Made by a program: the position numbers and the translations under genes. Below the pieces are notes generated by a model. It saw nothing but the letters and a program-made list of their open reading frames with translations. It was not told where the DNA came from and did not search any database. A DNA stretch of 64,000 nt, from contig NC_068997.1 in assembly GCF_001194135.2 (NCBI RefSeq), positions 37,570,075-37,634,074 on the forward strand, read 5' to 3'. Below, piece by piece: positions 37,946 to 51,879 of the stretch. This DNA is from Octopus bimaculoides (taxonomy: Eukaryota). Each line of letters begins with the position of its first letter. Within the stretch, counting starts at the first letter, position 1.

Positions 37946-40900
37946 CAATGGTCCTTCGCACAATTTCCATCAAGCAAATTTTAACCAGGAGCTATTGGTC
38001 AAGTAGAGGCTATGGCTATAGCAGTGAAATTGAATTCCAAACCATGTTATCCATGTCTCTATTCACGTATATGTGTGTGTGTGTGTGTGTGTATGTATAT
38101 ATATGTATATATGTGTGTGTGTGTGTATGTATATGTGTGCATGTGGATATATATGCATACACACACATACATATATATATATAATGAGAAAGGGGACAAA
38201 GAAAGAATGAGAGAGCGAGAATATATATACATATATATATATATANNNNNNNNNNNNNNNNNNNNNNNNNNNNNNNNNNNNNNNNNNNNNNNNNNNNNNN
38301 NNNNNNNNNNNNNNNNNNNNNNNNNNNNNNNNNNNNNNNNNNNNNNNNNNNNNNNNNNNNNNNNNNNNNNNNNNNNNNNNNNNNNNNNNNNNNNNNNNNN
38401 NNNNNNNNNNNNNNNNNNNNNNNNNNNNNNNNNNNNNNNNNNNNNNNNNNNNNNNNNNNNNNNNNNNNNNNNNNNNNNNNNNNNNNNNNNNNNNNNNNNN
38501 NNNNNNNNNNNNNNNNNNNNNNNNNNNNNNNNNNNNNNNNNNNNNNNNNNNNNNNNNNNNNNNNNNNNNNNNNNNNNNNNNNNNNNNNNNNNNNNNNNNN
38601 NNNNNNNNNNNNNNNNNNNNNNNNNNNNNNNNNNNNNNNNNNNNNNNNNNNNNNNNNNNNNNNNNNNNNNNNNNNNNNNNNNNNNNNNNNNNNNNNNNNN
38701 NNNNNNNNNNNNNNNNNNNNNNNNNNNNNNNNNNNNNNNNNNNNNNNNNNNNNNNNNNNNNNNNNNNNNNNNNNNNNNNNNNNNNNNNNNNNNNNNNNNN
38801 NNNNNNNNNNNNNNNNNNNNNNNNNNNNNNNNNNNNNNNNNNNNNNNNNNNNNNNNNNNNNNNNNNNNNNNNNNNNNNNNNNNNNNNNNNNNNNNNNNNN
38901 NNNNNNNNNNNNNNNNNNNNNNNNNNNNNNNNNNNNNNNNNNNNNNNNNNNNNNNNNNNNNNNNNNNNNNNNNNNNNNNNNNNNNNNNNNNNNNNNNNNN
39001 NNNNNNNNNNNNNNNNNNNNNNNNNNNNNNNNNNNNNNNNNNNNNNNNNNNNNNNNNNNNNNNNNNNNNNNNNNNNNNNNNNNNNNNNNNNNNNNNNNNN
39101 NNNNNNNNNNNNNNNNNNNNNNNNNNNNNNNNNNNNNNNNNNNNNNNNNNNNNNNNNNNNNNNNNNNNNNNNNNNNNNNNNNNNNNNNNNNNNNNNNNNN
39201 NNNNNNNNNNNNNNNNNNNNNNNNNNNNNNNNNNNNNNNNNNNTATATATATATATATATATGAACATAAATTCTATCATCTTTTAAAATATCATTTTTT
39301 CTTTTCTTTAATAGGTTATGGCTTTGATCTTGTGCAATTATGACAAATTGTTAAATAATGGGGGTTGTGAACATTTCAGCTTGTTCTTTCCTTCTAAGGA
39401 CTAACATCAGCTGATGTACATCTTTTGAACCAAGTTTGTGCCTTTTTGCAATGCATTCCCTTTTCTAGTAGATTGATTGTCAATTGACGACAGCACTGCA
39501 TGTGCAATAAAGACACAAGCCCTATCAAAGCAAACATACCTTTACAAATATAACTTATTTTTATAAAACAATTTGAAATCAAGAATAGAGTTAAAATTAT
39601 AATGGATTTCTATTAGAAACATTGATCTCTTGAAGAATGTTGAAGATTTTTCATTTTGAAAACCACTGACAATCCAGAGAAAATTTCATTAAAATTTTCT
39701 GAAATGGACAGTGCTCATCTTGCTGTCAACTAGTATAGAAACTGGTATTCAGACTGCTATTAAACATATGAATTATTTAATATTTATTAAAGTTCAGAAA
39801 AATGTTCAGTTTTGTTAATACTATATTTTGTCTTCAGAAATCATTATTAAATAATCATATTAGTAAAAAGAAAAGAAAAAAAAAGAAAGCAAAATGTGTA
39901 AAAGGAAAGCAATAGAGAGCCTAAATGTTGTTCAAGTCATGATTACTCTACATTGATTCAAATACTAAAATTAACTTAGTGATGTTTCTAAGCAAAGAAG
40001 TTAACTGAAGTTTCATAAATGAAAGCAAAAGTCATTAAGAAGTCTTATTCATTTTTACTAGTTTGCAATGTCTTGCTTTTTAAGATATTTATATTTTAAA
40101 GTTTGGGACTTGAAAATTATTTAGCAATCTTTAATTTGAATTTAATTTTTAATACCTATTTTCAATAGTTTAGAAATTGACTTTCCTTCTGTACCTCTTC
40201 TAAAGAGAACTAGTAAAATTTAAAATAAGGATGCCACTGTTTCAATAACTGTGGCCTTTACAAATGTTGTGTGTTCCTACTTTACACTTCTAGACATCAT
40301 GAATGCTTGTGACCATCAGTTTTTATTTGTATCCTGCACTAACTTTTATTTTAACTTTTGGTCCTAATAATTTACTTTCTTCAAACAATAATATTTAAAT
40401 CATAATCTGTTGTTATTCCATTTCATATAATTTTTAAAAACCTATTTTAATTGTTATCATTTATATTTCTGGTCTGCACAGTTATTTTCATTATTTTTTA
40501 TTGCATTGTTGCATGTGGAATTTGACTATTAGGTTGGAGCTATGCCACTCTCAATCTGCCTTGTCTTGCTGTTGTGCATGTGATCAAGCACATTGTCATG
40601 CCACATGCAGACACATTTTTTTGTTAAAAGAGCTACATTTAACTGGTCATTTCACAAAATACATTTTAATACAAATTCTTACATAAGCATATAACTGTAA
40701 AGCCATATGAAAACAAAAGAATTTAAAAAAAACATGTAAAGTCTTTTTAAAATTAAATTAATATTTCATCTTTTTTTTAATATATATCCTTTTGAGTAGA
40801 GGTATATTTAATTATCTAAAACATTCTATAGCAGTATTTAAAAAATGACAAATATAAATGATCTCAGCAAAATTTCATTTGACTTTCTACACCTTAAAAT

Positions 40901-42124
40901 GAAAAATTGCACTAAATATATTTCTAATTAATATTAATAGCTATGATATTATAACCCATTATAGTTAATTAAATTTAATGCTGTATATGACAATAATATC
41001 ATAGTAAGATTTTATTTCATAATTTTAAATCCAATTATATGAACAGCTGTACATTAAGATTTTCTAAAATAAAATTGATATTTTAATTTAAATTTTGCAA
41101 TTAATTGCATTACAAATGATTATACAATCCAAAATATATTGTATAATATCCAGATATTTAAATAACTGGAGTTAGATGCTACAAGATTATTGCTCCCATA
41201 TAAAAGAAAACTATTATTTTAAAATCTTTATTCATACACATGATATGTATTAAAATTTTTATAATGATTATATTATTGATTTTAAAGTAGATAAAGTTTT
41301 TTCTTTTTGTATGGGATTTATAATTCATAAGTATTTTATTTTAAGGAAAAATAATTTTTGTCTCAAAATAATTTTTTCCAAAAGTGTTTTACCAAATTTT
41401 TTTTTTTTNNNNNNNNNNAAATTTATTTTTTTTTTCATGTAATGTCAAATATTTTTGTTCATTTTAATGAAATGTATTATTTCTTTTCCTTAAACTATAA
41501 ACATTTTCTGAAATGCTTTAGTAGATTGATGATAAATAACGTACAAAATGTTTATATAGCTCAAGTATGTTATATTAGTTAAAAGTAAATTTTGGTTTTA
41601 AATATTTAGATTAAAATTATTCACCAAAATACCAGTATTATTATGTAAAAGATTATTATTTTATTTTTTCTTATTCTAAGTTAATGTTCAGGTATTTTTT
41701 ATAGATAAATATGAATTTGTTAGTTTTTTTCTGAAAAGCAAAGCTAGAATAATTATTGTGATTTCTCTGTATTATTATTTTGAATGAATTAAATTTAATG
41801 AAGAGTGCAAATTCATATAGTATTTATTTAAACATTCTGGATATAAATACACAGGAATATAATTATGTTTATGCACACTATTATAAATAAATATATAATG
41901 GAAATGATGCAATATGTGTGTGTGTGTGTGTGTGTGTGTATTATTGAGATAAAATACTATTGGTTATGATATATAACTATCCAGAATGTTACCATCAGTT
42001 TTGTGTTCAATACTGATGACTATTCCAACGTTCTGGCTGGAAGTGCATAGTCTCAGTAGGCTAGTGCTTATATACGCCTGGCCAACCTGTCTTTAGAGTT
42101 GCTAATATTGTCTTGTGGTAAGGT

Positions 42125-42335
42125 AGTGAGTGAGCCAGCAGAATTGTTACTGTGCTGGACAAAATGCTTAGCAGCATTTCTTCCAACCTTGTGTTCTGAG
42201 GTGGACTTTGCCTTTCTTCCTTTCAGGGTTAACATAAGTATCAATTGAACACTGGGGTTTATGTAATCTACTTAGCCCCACTCCTGTAATTGCTGGCTCT
42301 GTGTGAAAATTTGAAACAATATTTGGTGTGAAACT
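42125..42335 (+). mobile_element. tRNA-derived SINE, second family (diverged)
   Basis: gagccagcagaattgtta ... aaaatgcttagc ... gactttgcctttc ... aaaatttgaaacaa; other copies at 47680-47885 (+), 48115-48295 (+) and 59210-59415 (-). Confidence 0.7.
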
Positions 42336-42563
42336 GATGACAACATTCAGATCAATAATATCCCATAGCCAGTAATAAATATATTGTTTGATGATATAAA
42401 AATATATCTGTCCTATAATGTTGAATGTGCTTTTATTTCTGACATATGGACTAACTGGTAATACATAGACACTTACATATATACATACTACATATGTACA
42501 TGCATACATACATGCATGCATACATACATGCATACATACATACATATATACATACATACATAT

Positions 42564-42600
<37 letters not shown>

Positions 42601-43703
42601 CACATATGTATGTATGTATACATACAAACACAGACACATTTATGTATGTGTGTGTATATGTATATATGTATATATCATATATACACACACATATAGTGCT
42701 GTGCCATGCAAACATTCTAATACTATAACTGAATAATGGTGGTATGAAAAATTGTTTTCTATTTAGCAACGTAAAGTGTTTCTATTTCGTATGTTTTTGT
42801 TTAGAATTTTAGTTTTATATGTTTTATTATTTCCTGTCTCTGAGAAGTGATTCAGAGGTGATTCAGAATATATGTGTGTATGTGTGTTGTTGGGCAATGA
42901 TCCAGAGAAGGAGTATTCAGTATAAATGAGGAATGCAATAGATTAAGCTAATCAAGTGGCCTGTTACACTGGTGTTCCCGTGGCATGCCACTGCTTCATC
43001 AGAACTGTTCCCACTGTAGAAACTCCAGAGCAAGAAACCATTAGATCAGCTTAAATCAACAAAAAACACTACAGACGTTTGTGTGTATGTGTGTGTGAGT
43101 GTGTGTATGTATGTATGTATGTATGTGTGTGTGTGTGTGTGTGTCTATGTATATATATATATATATATATATACTAGCTGAGTATCCCATTGTTTCCAGG
43201 CAATTTTCATTATAAAATGCCTTGGCAGACTTTGGGATTTTACAATAGTGCACTCACGTATGTATGTAGTCTATAATTTTTGCATGCATGATTTATCTTT
43301 GTATGTTCTCAAGTTGCATTAAAATTCTTTTCTTGATGCTGTTGACACTGTTGGATGATGTGGTGTTGCTTCTGATGTTGAAACCACGAAGATCCCCGAA
43401 CAAGCAGCTGAAGATAGTGTATTCTATTTTTATATAGTGTCTGCTTTTTTTTTTTTTTTTCACATTGTTGTCTCTATTCTTTGTCACTGTTGGTAGTTCC
43501 ACTACTAATTTCAGAGATTTTGTTGTTTCATCTAACAGGTTGTTAGAATACTGTCAAGATGCTATTTGTGATGGATAATAGATTTTTGTAAGGATAGTTT
43601 TGTTTGGGTCTTTTCTTGTTTATAACAGATGCGAAGTATATACATATGTATGTATGTATGTATGTATATATATATTTTGAAAACAGTTTTTTATATTCCC
43701 ACT

Positions 43704-43734
<31 letters not shown>

Positions 43735-44652
43735 TTTGTATGCATATTTATGAGGTTAAATGCAAATGAGCTAAGTGAAATAATCCTAATTGTTTTGTGG
43801 CATGGATATAAACTGCAAAAGCAAATAAGGATAGAAATACTGAAATACTATACAAATGAGATTCTTGATTCATTGAAATTATTTTCTCTTAGAGAGAAGA
43901 ATAAGCAAATGTCTTTTTGCTAGCCATGACTAATTGTAAATGGAATGGGAAAAATAATCTAAAGATTCAAGAATCCTTCAAAATTGATATGCCATTAAGG
44001 AGAGGACACTGGTTGTCTAGAGGAAATATGTAGGCACTGTTACAGGTGTCATGATGACAGTAGTCATCAAATCCAGCAGATGAAATACTTAGACAAATAC
44101 AAAAAGAACAGAAAGCATTTATGGCTTATGTTAATATGCATGATGCAAGTGAAATGTGCTAAGAGAAATAACTCAGAGTGGCATGGATATATACAATAAA
44201 GACAAAAAGAGTTATATATAGATACATGAATATATTTTCAAATAAGTAGTAAAAATTAGGTTCATTCTTTCATTACCCATATATTGATGCATATTTCCAG
44301 TTTTTTAAACATTTAACAAACAAAAGACAAGTTTCTCTCTGTGCATTTGATACTTGTTTATTACAGGTAATTTTTTTCCCTTTAATTTCTCTCTGTGAGA
44401 AGTGATTCAGAATTGAATATGTTACTCAGAGTCTCACTAGAATATGTTCAGCTTATATCACTTAAATAACAACAGATGAGCTGGCAATCAGATAATTTAT
44501 CCACTGGTCATTTTGCTAATACAAAGAGAAACAATTAAAAAATGCATTACTTTAATAAAAATGTTATTTAGATTGCAAAACAAAATTTTCATATTCTCAT
44601 GTTTGAAAAATATATCAGTTTATATATATACATGCACACACATATATATCAC

Positions 44653-44718
<66 letters not shown>

Positions 44719-45699
44719 AGTGTGTATTTGTGTGTGTATTTTCAAACTACCTCATTTGTTATTTTGTTATGAAGAAAGCACTTCTTTAATCTTAGTTTTA
44801 TTATTTATTGGCTATATATGGCAATCCATAAAATCCTAATAACCCTTTAATTTTTCATTGTGGTATGTGCAATATCAAAACATTATCTTCTCTGCTTTTC
44901 TATAGATTACATTCTGATAAAAGTCATCCTATTTTCATTAATATATATTTTTTATTATGGTAAGTTTTTTATAATACAGTAACTTGGAGAAATAAATCTG
45001 TGATCCAGTTTTGTTTCCCACTTGAAATTTCTTTAATTATGTTATTAATGCCTCTCAGAGAGGCATTAACATCAGAACTTCCCATATTCCACTTTTTTTT
45101 TTAATTATTTTCAAAAATCTATATTAAGTGTAAATTGTACTTTACATTTAGTTCTATGACCTGAGATTGCTAGTTCTGAAATGAAAATGTGTCTGCTTGG
45201 CAAATTACTGGAAGTTGATTGAATCATGATGTATTTGTTACAAGGAGAGTTATTTTGATTGTTTCCATTTATTCTGAATATTTCTATTACTGGTCCTGGA
45301 GCACTGCAAAGATAACAATTAAGTGTAAATCAGACAGCTATATGAATGTACTGCCAAAGATGGAATAAATTTTGATTATTTATCAACAATATTTTATTTT
45401 TTGAAATTTATTTTAAAACTTTATGTTCAATTCATTGAGAAAATTTCACTCTTCAAAAAAGTGCAAAAAGGTCTAATGTGCCACCTGTTTTAAAACTATC
45501 AGCCCAGCATTGAAGATAACATGATTTGACATGCTCATTCTGACTGTATTTTTCCTTGTGTAGTGTTACTGTTAGTCAGAAGATATAAGTGGAAAAGACT
45601 TCATAGTGGATACCAAAGGCCAGAGAGGACCAGGATGCAGCTACATTGGTAATGCCTTAATAAACTGCTCTATTAACTGATAGCCATGCATTCTTCTTT

Positions 45700-46560
45700 T
45701 CCTTCAGAAAGCACAAAATTTCAAGATACTCACTGAAACCAACAACTTCTTATAGACATCAAAGTGGCAGTTTCCAATGACTCCTGATTTGTAGTTTCAT
45801 TTACCTCTTTAATAAAAATTACATAAATAAGAAAGTGCTGCAACTTTGGAATTAAAAGAAATCTTCTTGATAATTCTCCCTCCCCTATACTAACTATATG
45901 TTTTACAGGGATTCTTTGGGAAACCCCCATAGTGTGTCCTCTCATCAAAAAGGCAACTTCTGATCCTGTTATTGCATCTATTATCAGCAAGACCTTCAGT
46001 CATGTCTGGTCTTGGGATCTTCTAAATTGCCTGTGCATGGTCCTTATCCCTCTCTTATTTCTTCTTATCATTGTATGCATTGTGTGCTGATTGGTTCATC
46101 TTTGATGCCCACAATTATTTGTGGTTTATCTCAAGGTTTAGTGATTTCTTGCACACTCTACATTCTGTTCGCTAATGACTTAATCGTTGTCTCTTCTAAC
46201 AATGCACACCATTTATCCCTCCTTAACTCTCCTCACACACAGCATCATTGTCATGCAACTTAAACACCTCACACCAGACATGTATATATCTTCTCTGAGC
46301 AATGCATTTGAGAACATTCTTTAATAGAGACATGATAATCTACTCTCATTTAACACAGTCACTACATATAAGGCAACCTTTTTCTCATTAGCTATTAAGA
46401 TTGCACAACTTAAACCTTTAAATAACTACAAATGTGAATTTTTGTGACTTTTATTGAACTGCAATGCCTCTGTTCTGTACTAGATAGGGGTCTATTCTTT
46501 CCACTCAGGGCCACCCAACCTGTTGGGTTTTTTTAACTCACTTCCTCAGCCTTGCTTGAG
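45700..46560 (+). mobile_element. Highly decayed CR1/L2-type LINE RT fragment
   Basis: WETPIVCPLIKK ... SIISKTF and ICGLSQGLVISCTLYILFANDL resemble RT motifs WKxAxVxPixKK and GVPQGSxLGPxLFxxxxNDL. Confidence 0.5.
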
Positions 46561-47379
46561 ACACTTCATACTTTCCTTCTTTCAAATAACTGAAATCCTA
46601 TGAAATTCTCTCTGTCTACACTTTCCCTGCGAACATGTACCTGCAAGCTGAACATGTTAAGCTTATCAGTTTGACAGATCCTGCAAAGGTCATAGAAATT
46701 GTGTCACTGTCTTTGATTAATTTATTAAAAAGAAACACTATAAAATATTATGGTAACCTGCAAATAATTCTTAGAGATAAACAGAATTTAATGCTTTATA
46801 AAATTATTTAGTTCTTAGATTTAAGTATAAGGGAAAGATTCTCAAATTTCACAAGTTTTAAAGAAAGCAAAATAAACTTTTCTAAATTTTGAAAAAGAAG
46901 GATTAACGTGGAGGTAGAATGAGACTTTTAACTGGTTTCAATTAAAAAGAATGTTTAATAAAGGAAAACACACCAGAGAAGAGATACAGTTCAACAAACT
47001 GGGCTACAGATATAAAGATGCTTATCAAACATGTGGCTCTTTTTATAATGCAGCGTGATATTCATTTTTAAATACACTATCAATTCTATGGTAAATAAAA
47101 GAAAATTGAGAAAATATTTTCCAAATATGAAGATTCTTGCTGAAGAAGAAATCTTTGAATGTCTTTTGCATGAGGATGTGTTTCAGATGTAAATTTGTGT
47201 TTGTGCAAAATGAACATTTTAGGACACAAGAATCCTATGGAATAGAGGTAAGTCAAGATATACCATTCAGATATATTTCTTCATTGGAACCAACCGCTTT
47301 ACACTGAAAGGTAGGAATACCACATTTCTTGTAGAATCTTTGTCTTTGTGTGAAGTGATTTGATAAGTTATTTTTAACA

Positions 47380-47645
47380 TGGAAACTACTTGGGTGCAAG
47401 CATGACTGTGTAGTAAGAAACATGTGTGTGTGTGTATTAGTGTCTTTGTGATTGTCCCACACCATCACTTGACAACCAGTATTGTTTATGTTCAGTTAAT
47501 TTAGCAGTCCAGCCAAAGAAACCAATAGAAAATAAAGGCCAGGCTTTAAAAATTTAAGTACTGGTGTCGATTTGTTTGACTAAAACCTTTAAGGCAGTGC
47601 CTCAGCATAGCCGCTCCTCAATGACTGAAACAAATGCAAAATAAA
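47380..47645 (+). mobile_element. tRNA-derived SINE (dominant family), internally deleted
   Basis: gcatgactgtgtagtaagaaac head joined to the 3' half ...cagcatagccgc...atgactgaaacaaat. Confidence 0.65.
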
Positions 47646-49616
47646 AGATAGAAATATTTTTATCGTGAACAAAGCAGGGAGCTGGTAGAATTGTTATCAT
47701 GCTGGGTAAGATGCTTAGCACCATTTCATCCGTCTTTACGTTCTAAGTTCAAATCTGCAGAGGTTGACTTTGTCTTCATCCTCTAAGGTTCAATAAAATA
47801 AGAACCAGTTGAGTACTGTGGTCGATGTCATTTACTTACCCTTACCCAAATGTTGCTGTCCTTGTGCCAAAATTTGAAATCAATATTTATACAGTGAAGA
47901 AAGAAGGCAATACAATGATTAGTATTCTTGTAATTTGTTTCACTATTATTCTCTTATCATGAAAGAATCATAGTGCACATCATACTTGCTCAAGTAGTGA
48001 TGAATAGGTCATTCACAAGATTGCACATTAAGTGCCATATGAAAATATAACAATGCAGAGACCATCAGTATGAAAAGAAAACTCTTGTTAATATAGTTAA
48101 TACATAAATCATTTATGCCAGGCAAAATGCTTAGTGATATTTTATCTATCTTTACATTCTGAGTTCAAATTCTGTCCTTTCGGGGTCGATAAAATAAGTA
48201 CCAGTTGATCAATGGGACAATGGGACTGATGTAATCAACTTACCCCTTCCCCTGAAATTACTGGCTTTGGGTCAAAATTTGAAACCAATATGTGAAGCTT
48301 TTAAAAGTTAACTAAAGTACAGGTAAAAAAAAAAGACAGCATAAAAAATTATAGCTTTTAGAAATATGAAATATTAGTGCAATATAGTCTTATAGAGTGG
48401 CATAAGTCAAAAAGTAAAAAAGTGTTATCTTTTATTCAGTATAACTTCTGAGCTAAAGATTCTTTGAATCATGTTTCAAGTCATTCCGAAAGTATTTCAC
48501 TCCAAAATAATGTGTGTGTGTGTGTGTGTATGTACATCATTATCATTTAAACGTTCACTAAGCCATGCTTACCTGGGTTAGAGGTCATTGAGGGAGATCT
48601 ACAGCTGGATGCCTGTTCTGTCACTAACTTTCTCCTGTTTCCAAGTAAGGTAATATTCTCCCATGACCTGATATGTTTTTGAAATGAATGACATCACTTA
48701 CATGACAGTAATAGTCATTTAGAACTATCGCATGACTACACAACAAGGGGACACAACATTACACACATGCATTCATATATATGATTAATGATCAAAAAGA
48801 AGAAAATCTAGAAAAAACACAAGAAGGGAAAAGTTTTCACAAAGGTGTTATTAGTTTCACACTAAATAGAAAATAGAAAACGGTCTTTGACATTTTGGGT
48901 ATTAGAGTCAATTATCAGAAAAAGAATGGCAGAAGCATAGTGGAAAGAAGGAAAGAAAACAGGGTTGGGGCCAGGTGGGAATGTGATTCTAGAGGGTGAG
49001 TTAAGAAGAAAAGAAGAGAAGTAGGTGAGTTGTTGTGTTCATATATATGAGTATGTGTGTAAAGAGATGGTCATAGGGGGAGACTTGTGAACAGTTTGGG
49101 ATGCAGGTGGTTGAATGAGGGTGAGTGTAGTTGATGGGGATGTGATGAATGTGGTCAAGGTGAGAGGAAGGGATGGAAGAAGAAAAAATGGAGGGAGATT
49201 GAAGAAAATGGTGTAGAAGGTGAGAAAAAATAAATCAGGTATGAGTTCAGAGTTAATAAAAGTGGGGAAAAGGTTAGGTATAATATCTGGAAAAAAAGAA
49301 AGAAAAAAAAATAACTGTTGAGCATGAAAGAGTATGTAAAAAGGCAGAGAAGTTAGGAACAGAATAATTAAGAAATATATATAAAGCACGTGGAATAGTT
49401 TTTGCAAAATGCAGAGATAATTATAAAAAGGATACAAAAAGGAAAGTAAAAAGTATTGTAGGGAGTTAAGTTATTTTACATAAAACAAGTTCAAGTTCAG
49501 AGGAAAAGTTACAAGTCAATAAAAAGTGGAAAAAAATAGTTGAGCAAAAAAAAAGTATGTAAAAAAGAGAGGAGTTGAACAAAAGGCTTAATACACACAC
49601 ATGCACCTCCCATATA

Positions 49617-49836
49617 TTATTCAGGGGTTAACCAGACTACAATTGGTTTCATGTTGAGAGAGTTATCTCTCAACAATTATTCAAGTCTGTCACATGGGAC
49701 ATTGGTGTTCAACACTATCTTGTGTTTTTGACAAAGATGGAGATGAACACCAATGTCCCATGTGGCAGACTTGAATAATTGTTAAGATATCTCTTTCAAC
49801 ATGAAACTAATGGTAGTCTGATTAACCTATGAATAA
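49617..49836. repeat. About 220-bp hairpin (MITE-like), about 95-bp arms and about 32-bp loop
   Basis: acaattattcaagtctgtcacatgggacattggtgttca versus tgaacaccaatgtcccatgtggcagacttgaataattgt. Confidence 0.85.
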
Positions 49837-49850
49837 AGAANNNNNNNNNN

Positions 49851-51206
49851 CAATTTAAATAAGAGCTAAAATGCGACCCATTGTAAAAACTTTTTAATGA
49901 TCTATGATCATTTCGATGCAATATCCCGACTCACTCATGTATGTTATAAAATATGGAATACTGTATCTCCTCAGGGTCAGATTTGATTAATTCATAGCAG
50001 ACAGTAAAAAACAGACAACATTAATAGTTGTCCTTAAATTACATGTGTATAAACAGGTTGAAATGACATGAAACATATTGACACTGCATACAATATCGGT
50101 TATGAAAGCCATTACAAAGTAAAGTAAGTAAGTAGTGCTGTTAAGTTAGGATATTAACCTAGGATGTTAAGTAGTGAACAAGTAAGGGATGCTGTAAATT
50201 TCAATAAAAACCGTTGGACTTTTGAAAGTAAATAAAATGAAGAAAGAAAATAAACTGCTATATATTATAAAAATATTTTTACAAGTTAATGGTCAAAGAG
50301 AGGTAAATCTAGTAAATAATGCTTATGTATAATATAATTTACTCAAATGTACATAATCTTATCAAATAATTATATTTCATTTAAAGTTTAGAACAGTAAT
50401 GAGACTTTTTATGGTTATGTAAACCAGATAAATTAGAGAATATAAATTGTAAATAATGAAAAATAATAAATAAAATAAATTAGGTTACATTAGATCGCAG
50501 CTATCAAAATTGTAAATAATGAATAATAATAAGTGAAATAAATTAGGTTACATTCAGATTGCAGCTAACAAAGTTTAAGAAAGATTATAATAAATTAATT
50601 TAGTAATGGGGTTCAAATACAATATTAAAAATAATATCAAAAGAAGGAACGGATTTAATTGATAGCGTAAAAAGTAAACAAATATTACGATATAATCGTT
50701 ACTATCTCACATATAAGTATAATTAAGTAATTTTTATGATGTAAAGTAATTAGCTGAAAACGACACCATTCTATCAAATAATTCAATAGATACTTGAGAA
50801 CAAAAATCTAACTCACTTTAAAAAATTTTTTATCTGTAATATATTATGATAAAAAAATAAATTTAAAGTTAAACATAAAAGACTTTTTTCCATGGTCAAA
50901 GAGAGGTAAATCTAGCAAAATAATATATATTTTTTTAGAATCTAAATAAATCAGTCAATGTTATTGATCCTATCAAATTGTTATATTGATTTTTTATATA
51001 TTTTTATATATTTTTTATATATTTTTTATATATTTTTTAATATATTTTTTTACTGTCTGGTATGAATTAATCAAATCTGACCCTGAGGTGATACAACATT
51101 CCATATTTTATAACATACATGAGTGAGTCGGGATATTGCATCGAAATGATCATAGATCATTAAAAAGTTTTTACAATGGATCGCAGTTTAGCTCTTATTT
51201 AAATTG
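49851..51206. mobile_element. Non-autonomous element with about 160-bp near-identical TIRs and an AT-rich noncoding interior
   Basis: 49851-50010 is the reverse complement of about 51047-51206 with few mismatches; the true left end is hidden by the N gap; internal duplications such as ggtcaaagagaggtaaatctag twice. Confidence 0.75.
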
Positions 51207-51333
51207 ATATGCATACAAAATTGTATGATTAACAACCTTTCATATGAGAATTTTGCTACGTTGATAACAGGTACAATATTTTTACCAAATTTTGGTAGAG
51301 ATCTATAAACACAAGTTATATATNNNNNNNNNN

Positions 51334-51504
51334 GGGCACTGCCTTGAAAGGTTTAAGTTGAGCCAACTGTCCCAGGTCATTTTTTAAAGCCTGGTGCTTA
51401 TTCTGTCAGTGCCTTTTGCCGAACCATTAAGCTATGGGGATGTAAACACACCAACACTGGTTGTCGAGCAGCAGTGGGGGACAAACACTGACAAGCACAC
51501 ATAG

Positions 51505-51544
<40 letters not shown>

Positions 51545-51695
51545 CAGCCTTCTTTCAGTTTCCATCTACCAAATTCATTCACAAGGCTTTAGTTGGCCTG
51601 TGGTTATTGTAGAATACACTTGCCATGCAGTGGGTTTGAACCCGGAACCATGTGGCTGAGAAGCAAGTTTCTTGTGATGCAGCCACTCATGCACC
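51334..51695 (-). mobile_element. tRNA-derived SINE (dominant family)
   Basis: Collinear with 9618-10012. Confidence 0.75.
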
Positions 51696-51879
51696 TACCG
51701 GTAGGATCATCAAAAGGAAAAGAAAGTACTCCATCCTGTGAGAGATAACTATTTTCAAACATACACAATTGCAAAAGAGCTACTAATAGTTTCATGCTTT
51801 AAGATACATTAAATTGGCAGATATGTAACATGCTGTGTTTCTCTTTCAGGATCAGTTCATAATGTTAGATGTATTTAAA

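Larger units (their letters stand above)
42917..51735 (-). other. Speculative multi-exon small secreted-peptide gene (exons 51699-51735, 47264-47303, 46641-46680, then 43293-43407 or 42917-43013)
   Basis: GT-AG bounded, phase-compatible chain giving MEYFLFLLMILP-CKAVGSNEEIYLN-GSVKLISLTCSAC-S...; no homology recognised; exons this short can be chained by chance. Confidence 0.2.

Noticed and set aside
39380-39582. GC-richer segment with - strand frames (ACVFIAHAVLSSIDNQSTRKGNALQKGTNLVQKMYIS*)
   Set aside because: Ambiguous splice sites, no recognisable homology, and it could not be linked to other exons
43330-43450. + strand frame DAVDTVG*CGVASDVETTKIPEQ with an in-frame TGA (selenoprotein idea)
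   Set aside because: No selenoprotein motif, no start or splice context, and no SECIS identified
45580-45650. + strand exon-like segment EDISGKDFIVDTKGQRGPGCSYI with a gtaatg donor
   Set aside because: Orphan exon adjacent to a decayed CR1 fragment, with no partner exons or homology
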